This document shows positions 1-8,649 of a stretch of 64,000 bases of DNA, piece after piece. The stretch lies in the NCBI GenBank assembly GCA_964188305.1, contig OZ076888.1; one strand, given 5' to 3'. Position 1 is the stretch's first letter. Every line of letters starts with the position of its first letter. A program made the position numbers and the translations under genes. The notes under the pieces are model-generated. The model searched no databases, was not told the origin of the DNA, and worked only from the letters and a program-made list of their open reading frames with translations. This DNA is from Podarcis bocagei. Its lineage: Eukaryota.

Positions 1-72
1 CTTTCCGCTTCAGGGAATGAGGCTTGGATTGGTGCGGTGGTGACCAAGCTGAGGTCTTGGTTGGGGCCGTGA
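1..72 (+). CDS. C-terminal fragment of element-encoded SGNH/GDSL hydrolase (5' part lies outside the window)
   Basis: Frame 1 reads LSASGNEAW..., matching the helix after the SGNH block V DxxH motif (H-L-S-x-x-G-N). Its position just before repeat B matches the SGNH ORF at 62749. Confidence 0.6.
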   Translation, partial: LSASGNEAWIGAVVTKLRSWLGP

Positions 73-639
73 GTGGTTTGGCGGTGAGCTGAGGGCTCCA
101 TGGCGGTTAGGCACTGGTTAAATTGGTGCTTGGAGGGGTAAGTGCCTACCCCTCCAAATGATGCGAATGGGAATTCCGTTAAAGGAAATCCAGGGGCTTG
201 CCATTCTTTCGTCCTTGTCCCCGGAGTCGGACTTGGGCCGTGCAAGCCCCACAGGAACATGAGGGTGAGAAGTAATGGTCTGGTGCCCAGCTTTATTTCT
301 CACCCAATACTTGTTTCCCACGCTGGCTTCCGCTGGTATCCGGAAGGCCAGCTCTGTCCCTGAGGGCAAGGACAGATAGTCGGAACCAGTGCCTAAGCAA
401 CCACTCACATTTTTGTATTTGAATAAAGTTGTGGCCAAAATTATGCCAAAAACCTTAAACAAAAATTGATGTGTGAAGTGTGAATTATTGGGGGGCTACT
501 GTGACTCAACACGCAAAGCGTGTTCTCCCTAGCAGAGAGCACGTGTTGCGGTTGGGAACAGGCCACCCTCCAGTGACTAGGCAAATTTAGTTGAATCCCG
601 ACCATTTAAATGGTTAAACTGGGTTGCTGGGGTGTTTTG

Positions 640-710
640 ATTGTTGCCAATTCGGAGGAGGGGTCAGAGTCTATATATACAGGGGCCAGACGTTGGCACG
701 GCCTCTTGGC
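640..710 (+). promoter_or_regulatory. Putative Pol II promoter in Ngaro repeat A (CCAAT, TATA, pyrimidine initiator)
   Basis: CCAAT 647-651, TATATATAC 672-680, CCTCTT 702-707. A TAAATAC followed 20-21 nt later by CCTCTT is kept in the diverged A copies at ~58716-58750 (+) and ~53636-53670 (-). Confidence 0.55.
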
Positions 711-2305
711 CATTTTGCATCGGATCACCCGCCCTCCCTCCCTTTAATAGGGGGGTATTTTATTTAAGCTGATCGCTTGACCTTGCTATGCCTGTCATGG
801 TGTCGTTCGCCTTGGTGCGGGGGCACGGTAGGAATTTTGCCATCTGGCTGATTGGCTGGTGCCATTTGGTTTTTGCCTACTGCGTAGCAAATCGTCACAA
901 CTTGTAAGGTTGGCGGTTAGGCACTGGTTAAATTGGTGCTTGGAGGGGTAAGTGCCTACCCCTCCAAATGATGCGAATGGGAATTCCGTTAAAGGAAATC
1001 CAGGGGCTTGCCATTCTTTCGTCCTTGTCCCCGGAGTCGGACTTGGGCCGTGCAAGCCCCACAGGAACATGAGGGTGAGAAGTAATGGTCTGGTGCCCAG
1101 CTTTATTTCTCACCCAATACTTGTTTCCCACGCTGGCTTCCGCTGGTATCCGGAAGGCCAGCTCTGTCCCTGAGGGCAAGGACAGATAGTCGGAACCAGT
1201 GCCTAAGCAACCACTCACATTTTTGTATTTGAATAAAGTTGTGGCCAAAATTATGCCAAAAACCTTAAACAAAAATTGATGTGTGAAGTGTGAATTATTG
1301 GGGGGCTACTGTGACTCAACACGCAAATAACTCCTACCAGAAATTTTGTCTAAAACAACAACAATCCACCTCATGCTATTTTTCCTTTTCCAGTAGCTGC
1401 CTTTTGAGCAGTACAGACCACCTGGTGACCATTTGCAAACTCAAAATAATTAGCCTTCAATTATTGCCAAGGAAATTGTCACCTGTTCTGTTTGCAAATC
1501 GCTGGCACTTTTGCCTTCCCCAATTAGTGGTGTTTACAGCCATCCCCTACTGGGTTGGAAGAGAAATAGGCAGCCTTCAAGCTAAGGAATGGTTGCTATT
1601 TACCAGTGTTTACATTCTGAATTATCCTGCTGGGATGTTTTTGAGGCACACATTGCAGTGGGTGGCCTGGAGGTGGTTTTATTACAAATGGAGAAGATAA
1701 AATTATTATTCATTCATGTCCGGGTTAGGTATACCTATCTTGTAAGTCTACAGAAATGAAATCACAAAAGCATGGGACTGCAAAGAACTGAAGGGTCATT
1801 TCGCCTAGCCCCTCTGCTTCAGGGCCCAATCAGAGAATAGTTGCATTGCAGAAAGGTGTTTTTTCTAACCAATTGTTCCAGATTTGTCTCTTATTGCTAC
1901 AACTGCTAAGAGTGCTGACATATTACACAGGCTCCACCCCTTTAAGAATAGAATGGACCTTTTCACATATTATACAGGTGCCACCCCTTTGAGAAAAGAA
2001 TGGGCCTTTTCACCTTGACTCCTGCTTTTGTAACTGCCAGCCTTGAATTTTTTAATGTCATCTAAATGGGGCTGCCCTTAAACACACCTTCAAAACCTTG
2101 ACTGCCATGGAATGAAGCAGTCCACTATTTTATGGACTGGGAGAATATATTCAGCCTGTATTATGTTAATTGCTATAGCTGCAAGCATGCTTCCAAGGCA
2201 AATTAAAATGGCTACTTTTGACCTTTAAACCCATGCATTGCCTGGAACCCAGATATCATAGTAACAGGAACCCTAGTCTGCCAGCTGTTCATGGTTGGTG
2301 TAGGC

Positions 2306-2440
2306 CAGGCTTCCTTAACCTCATCCCTCCAGATGTTTTGGCCTACAACTCACATGATCCCTAGCTAGCAGGACCAGTGGTCAGGGATAATGGGAATTGT
2401 AGTCTCAAAACATCTGGAGGGCCGAGTTTGAGGAAGCCTG
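2306..2440. mobile_element. Palindromic non-autonomous hAT-type MITE
   Basis: TIRs CAGGCTTCCT...AGGAAGCCTG, internally palindromic; 8-bp TSD GTGTAGGC/GTGTGGGC. Confidence 0.85.
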
Positions 2441-3864
2441 GTGTGGGCACTGAATTTGGATGAATTCTGAAAAGAAGAGGGACACCTCAGAGGTATTTTG
2501 GGGCTTGTCTGAGGTGAAGCACGATCTCAGCAAGATGGCACAATCTGAAGCAGGGACAGCTTCTTTATGCCAATTCTGCAATCCTGACATCAAAATAAGG
2601 CTGCATGCTAACAACTTCTGAAAGTGAATGTAATATCTCTAAGCATACTAAAATCCCATAAACCTGTGGGGTGGGGTGGAGAGTAGGGAGAGAGTCTGGA
2701 GGACAAGTTTCAGCATGACTAGCAAGTTTAGCTTGTAATCAGAGGGAATGATTGTACCAGCACTCTGCAATCTTAGTGCTTTGGAGAAATGAGCAGCTTT
2801 GCAATTGTGAAATTTAAGGAAGACACTGGGATGAGGTGGTCTAGTTTGTAATGAGAGGGCATGATTTTTACCTAGAAAGTGAAAGCATTTTAGTTTTTTT
2901 CCATCCCAAAATCAACTTTAGGGAAGCCTAGCACAAAAGCCTTGTGAAACCTATTTGCCCACAATTTGACAGAAGCACTTCTATCATGCCTACAATATTC
3001 TGACCAATTGCCCACAAAAAAATTGGGGGGAGGAAATTGTATTTTAGGTGTCCAGACCTAAGCCCATTGACCTAACTGCTAGTCATTTGGCATGTTTTAT
3101 CCACTCTGGAGGGGCTTCTATGCCTGCAGATTTCACCCACTTCTGTCAGCAGGAAAATTATTACAGCTGCATTTTGATTTCCCAAAAAGTGAATGAGGGA
3201 GGGGATGAAATGAAGCAGACTCACAACACTGTAATAAACCAGGCAGCTGTTTAATCAGACCGAGCAAAATTTGTGTTTGTTTTTTGTTTGGTTGGTTTTT
3301 TTTAAAAAAAATGCTGAATTGAAATTGAACCAAATATTGTGGTCAGTGCACACTCTTAGTTCTTAGCATGGTTGGTGAGCCTGAAGCAAAAGGGGAGAAT
3401 GCATGCAGGAAACCGAGGTACAGGGTGCTTTTCCCCCTTACGGCTGCTGTCCACCCTAAGCAAGGATCTATAGCTGAAGGATCAGTGTCTCGTCACCCTC
3501 CACTAGAAGCACTTACAGCAGCAGTGTGTGTGAGAGAGAAATATGGAAATGCAGGAGCAGTGGAGGAATCTTGTATCTCTTTAGGTTGGTGTGAGGGCTA
3601 GGACTCAGTAAGGAACAAAAATCCCCAAGGAATATCACAGCTGTGCTGTTCTCTGAAGCACTTTCCTGAGCTAAAGCATATTACAATCCATAAGCGGCGG
3701 AGAAGCAAAGGATGCAAGTGTTTGAGTCCTATCCCTCCCTCCACCCACCCATACAATAATTCTGAGCAAAACCTGAAATTTTTGAGGCCTTGGGTTAAGA
3801 ATTCCAAATTAATATTCTAGCAATGCTGCCCAATACAAATTACAATAGCTTCTTTAAATGGTTT

Positions 3865-4287
3865 TGTAATGTGTATGGGTTGCTCGTGCGTAAGTTGCCG
3901 CCTCTCCAGGCTTTGTTGCCTTGCTAAACCTTTCAATCTGGGCAGCCCTTCACTTCGTGGCTGCCTCAGTCGCTAGCAGAATCCGTCAGTGGGTGTTTCT
4001 TAAATCTTTTCCAACATAAAAGTTGTTTGACACCCAGTCTCCTCCTACTCTCTCTGCGTGGAAGTCTTCTGCGCAGGGTGGGCGTGGGTAGCGGAGGACC
4101 CGTGCTCTCCCCGCTGGTGTCCGGTGAAGAGTCCTGGAGCCCTCTCGCCGATTCCCCCATTAGCCCCTCTATATCCCTGGTGTTGCGCTGATTTGCTTCC
4201 CCATCTGCGGAGCTGCCTCTCTCCCTGCTGGGCCCTTCTCCAGCATCATTTGAGAGCCTTCCCTCCTCCGATGTCACTTCCCTGACA
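3865..4287 (-). mobile_element. Solo LTR (Gypsy-like) containing a conserved Arg-rich ORF
   Basis: TG...CA termini (TGTCAGGGAA...CATTACA on minus); perfect 5-bp TSD GGTTT at 3860-3864 and 4288-4292; homologous to 35696-36103. Confidence 0.85.
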
Positions 4288-6922
4288 GGTTTTACTGTGT
4301 GCATTAATATTTTTTACATGGGAGTGGCACAATTTTTACTCTCCTACAACCTTTCTTGAATTACTTTTGGTTTGTGTCTCATTCCAGGACCTGTAGCAGG
4401 TGATGGAATAAGTCTTAGTTGCTGTTCTCAAAGGTGTTAGTGTTGCTAAGGAAAATAGATGTAGCTTTCTGGCAAGCTACAAGTGGTTATTTGAATTCAC
4501 CACAGAGAAAAAATATATATCCAACTTTGAGCAGGATTAACATTGACTTTTCAAATAGTTCTGTCTCTTCAGCACTTCCCAAATCACCTCTCTAGGCCCT
4601 ACAGAGCATTATTAATGGCAGAAAATCTCATTATATGATTTTTGCTTTCCTTTTCTGACTGCTGAAGAAAGACTTTCTTAGCAGCTATAAAGGAAAAGAC
4701 TTTTGTTTTCAGGCTGAATTCCTTGTGGACTGTTCACTCAGTGATATGTAAAGATACCTAATGTATAGCGTTTCATAGCTCACAGCACATTTATTTTGTT
4801 TTATTTATTTAAAACATTTTTATACCACTCCCAAAGCAGCTATGATAATAAAAAGAAAGTCCCTGCCATCGGTTTGTAGCTGAAAAGACACAACACCAAA
4901 GAAAAAAGGATAGGGCAGGAGGAGGAAACAACTACCCAGAAACCAGTTCTTAGAGTTGCAATTCTTATAACAACTAGCTGGGATAATAATAGTTGAGGTT
5001 GGCTGATCGGATGGCCATTGTGAGGTGACCGATAAGGCAGAAGAAGAGTCACAGGTTTTTGGCTTGTCAGTGGAGTAACTGATTTTCTTCTCCCCCTCAA
5101 TTGCAGCCTGAAGGAATGGCCACCATAAATCGGGGTGGGGGGGGTATAGACCTAAAATCAAAACATTTAAATCATGATATTTTTTTTAAGAACCAAGATT
5201 TAAAAACAACAACAGCCCGATCCCATTTTGAAATCCATCTATTTCCTGAACCTATAGGCGTACTTACCAATTGATGTAACAATGAAAGCAAATTATTTAG
5301 TTTCAAATCTTTCGCATCTTTATATAATTGACCTAAACCATTGGTTGTAATTTTAAACTTCATGCAGACTGCATGTCCTGAGGAATGAGAATTATTGAGA
5401 GAAAAGACAGGTTTCTGCTTGGCTCTCATATTTGCAAGGACACCAAGCAAGATAGCAAACGCTAAAAACAGTCGGTCTAGTCTGGCAAATTAACAGGATG
5501 ATGAGATGGAGACAGATAATATATATTTGTTAAATATAATTTAAAAAAATTATTTAGCTCACTAGCAGCCGAGTTCTGTGCTGTGCTTGGCAGAGCACTG
5601 GATCATAGAATTTGCCTAAACTGAGAATAGCACATAAGGTTATAATGGTCAGTAATCACGATGGCTGTATACCACCTCCGGTATCTGTGGAAATGTGCCT
5701 ATAAATATCAGTTGTTGAAAAACGTGAGAGATCTGTTGGACTCACTGCAGCTTCTGAGCTTCACATATGCATTTGGTTGGCCCCTGCGAGGCACAGCTTT
5801 GGCAACCCATGGCTTACACGGTCGACTGGCAAGAGATAAAATAGTAAATTTATTAAAACAACGGCGGAGAAATGCCCAAGAACAAATAAGAGACAAAGCA
5901 GAAAGATGAGGAATAGAGAGAGATACCAGGCAACAAAGAAACTGAGCAATTCAGAGACTGAGCAGGAGAATACACAGATAAGCAGGAATGCATTTCAAGG
6001 TAAAGCATAGAATCTCAAGTGGAACGAGGAAAGAAAATATAACCTGTGAGAAATGGAAAGTAAAGAAATATAATCATCTTGGCATGCAGAAAAAAATTAA
6101 AGCAGATGGTAGGATTCAAAACAACAAAGGAAACTATTCCAACCTCTTAAAAAATAGAGTCTGCAGCCTTGCTTGCGTCAGATACTCATGTCCAAGTACT
6201 AACAATGACCTGAGATAGTGAGGACAGATGGCTAGCCTAGTGGCTTTTTCACCAGCAACCAAAATAGGGGATGTCAGAGCTCTGTAGCAAGCAGAATAGA
6301 AATGGCTCCATAAATCATCTGATTCCTAAGACCAGATGAATTCTGGGCTGTGGCACAATTGGTATACCTTAAATTGAATTTTGCCCCCAACCTCTGATCA
6401 GTGACCTCTGACCCAGTGCCTGGTTTAAGACCCATTGTACCTTTCCCTCCCACCAGATATCTTTATTGAAAGTTACAAAGTACATAATTATATGTGCACT
6501 AAACATGGTGAGACGTAAATAAAAGAGGGAGAAAGAAAAAGAGAAATAGCACCGGTGTAGAAGGGAAAGTAAGGGGGGGGACCCCAAAACTGTAAACTTT
6601 ACAAAGTTGTTATTCTACTTCACCTGTTACAGTATTTGTAAGAATGGATTCCAAATATCACTGAATTTGTCCATGGCAAGTCTGCATTTATATGCAAGTT
6701 GTTCATATGTTGTGAGCTTGTATTAGCCCACAAACCAATTATAGAAGGGAGCCGCACTTTTATTTTTTTTCAGTTCATCTGTATTGGTCTTTCTGCTGTG
6801 GTAAGGGCACGGAGAGTTCACTCATATTGTTCTTTTGTAAGGTTTCATGTGCTGGGTATATAATTCAAAAGGATATTTTGCTCCGTAAATGTAAGGTTGT
6901 TCTGTACAGTTCTGTTGATAGT

Positions 6923-7759
6923 TTGTTGTTGTTTGGTCATTTAGTCGTGTCCGACTCCTCATAACCCCATGGACCAGAGCATGCCAGGCACTCTTGTCTT
7001 CCACTGCCTCCTGCAGCTTGGTCAAACTCATGTTAATAGCTTCGAGAACACTGTCCAACCATCTCGTCCTCTGTCGTCCCCTTCTCCTTGTGCAGGAGAC
7101 CCCAACATCAGGGTCTTTTCCAAGGAGTCTTCTCTTCTCATGAGGTGGCCAAAGTATTGGAGCCTCAGCTTCAGGATCCGTCCTTCCAATGAGCACTCAG
7201 GGCTGATTTCCTTAAGAATGGATACGTTTGATCTTCTTGCAGTCCATGGGACTCTCAAGAGTCTCCTCCAGCACCATAATTCAAAAGCATCAATTCTTCG
7301 GCGATCAGCCTTCTTTATGGTCCAGCTCTCACTTCCATACATCCCTACTGGGAAAACCATGGCTTTAACTATACGGACCTTTGTTGGCAAGGTGATGTCT
7401 CTGCTTTTTAAGATGCTGTCTAGGTTTGCCACTGCTTTTCTCCCAAGAAGCAGGCATCTTTTAATTTCATGACTGCTGTCACCATCTGCAGTGATCATGG
7501 AGCCCAAGAAAGTAAAATCTCTCACTGCTTCCATTTCTTCCCCTTCTATTTGCCAGGAGGTGATGGGGCCAGCGGCCATGATCTTAGTTTTTTTTAATGT
7601 TGAGCTTCAGACCATATTTTGCACTCTCCTCTTTCACCCTCATTAAAAGGTTCTTTAATTCCTCTTCACTTTCTGCCATCAAGGTTGTGTCATCAGCATA
7701 TCTGAGGTTGTTGATATTTCTTCCGGCAATCTTAATTCCGGATTGGAATTCGCCCAGCC
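6923..7759 (-). mobile_element. BovB (RTE-clade) LINE, 5'-truncated
   Basis: ORF 7028-7579 (FLGSMITADGDSSHEIKR..LLGRKAVANLDSILKSRDITLPTKVRIVKAMVFP..YGSESWTIKKA..RIDAFELWCWRRLLRVPWTARRSN) is the BovB RT C-terminus; typical 3' end GTCGGACACGACT with (ACA)n tail. Confidence 0.95.
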
Positions 7760-8289
7760 TTCTGCCAAAAATCTTTCAATATAGGACAATGAAAAAACAT
7801 AGGTTTTAGAGAAGCATTATCCCTATAGCATCTCCAACAGTTAGATACCTTAGATAGCCCCTTTTTAAACAAACATAATGGGGTCCACTATATTCTAAAC
7901 ATTATTTTGTTGTATGAGCCTCAATTTAAGGTCCAGAGACACCTTTGTAATAGCACGTAAAACAGTTTCCCACTGTGTGGTTGAAACTGAGATCTCTAAT
8001 TCTTTATGCCATTCCTTCCTCAGTACCTGTATATCAAATTGGTTTGCTAGTGACAAAGATTTATATATGTTGATGGCCGTTTTTGTTGTTGTGTAAGAAT
8101 TAATCAACTGCTTCAATATCTTTGGGGTCTCTGAGGCTGTTGACGTTGCTGGTCCATAGATGGTGGTTAGCAAGTGTTTTATCTGGATATATTGCCATTG
8201 AGCATTTGTAGGTAACCTGCATTTGTCTCTTAAGACGGAATAGATGTAAAATTTATTCTCTTCATTTATCAGCTGCTCTAACGTTAATA

Positions 8290-8649
8290 CAGTGGTACCT
8301 CGGTTACATACGCTTCAGGTTGTTGGGATACTGCCAGGGAGACAAAGGCCATCATGCCCCTGTGAACAGGAAATATGCAGGCTGTGACACAACAACCTGC
8401 TCCCCTTTTAAGGTGGAACGGAAATATCCTAACACAGGTTACATACGCTTCAGGTTACAGACTCCACTAACCCAGAAATAGTGCTTCAGGTTAAGAACTT
8501 TGCTTCAGGATGAGAACAGAAATCGTGCTCCGGCGGCGCGGCAGCAGCAGGAGGCCCCATTAGCTAAAGTGGTGCTTCAGGTTAAGAACAGTTTCAGGTT
8601 AAGAACGGACCTCCAGAACGAATTAAGTACTTAACCAGAGGTACCACTG
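8290..8649. mobile_element. Tc1/mariner (Tigger/pogo-like) MITE with a nested insertion
   Basis: TIR CAGTGGTACCTC...GAGGTACCACTG, TA on both sides; related copies at 16846, 18951 and 26439. Confidence 0.9.
8321..8434. mobile_element. 114-bp miniature solo-LTR-like insertion
   Basis: TGTTGGGATA...TATCCTAACA (9/10 inverted termini, TG...CA), flanked by 5-bp TSD CAGGT (8316-8320, 8435-8439); absent from the other copies of the host MITE. Confidence 0.75.

Larger units (their letters stand above)
1..1327 (+). mobile_element. 3' end of a young Ngaro-type (DIRS-order) tyrosine-recombinase retrotransposon: SGNH ORF tail, then B1-A2-spacer-B2 split direct repeats
   Basis: 101-517 and 911-1327 are the same 417-bp sequence at offset 810. 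518-~730 between them is homologous to the 5' terminal repeat of the YR element starting at 58563. 1-72 encodes LSASGNEAWIGAVVTKLRSWLGP*. AATAAA is present in each B copy. Confidence 0.85.

Noticed and set aside
780-900. Hammerhead or HDV ribozyme in the conserved Ngaro spacer
   Set aside because: No CUGAnGA/GAAA core or HDV-like nested pseudoknot found on either strand; an ENE-like fold fits better.
118-1272. Duplicated 114-aa and 73-aa ORFs, and related ORFs at 53199-53691
   Set aside because: They lie in the non-coding terminal repeats. The duplication reflects B1/B2, and frames are not kept between diverged copies.
1921-2015. Short diverged tandem duplication of ~48 bp (similar case at 19329-19405)
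   Set aside because: Two-copy local duplications with no sign of function.
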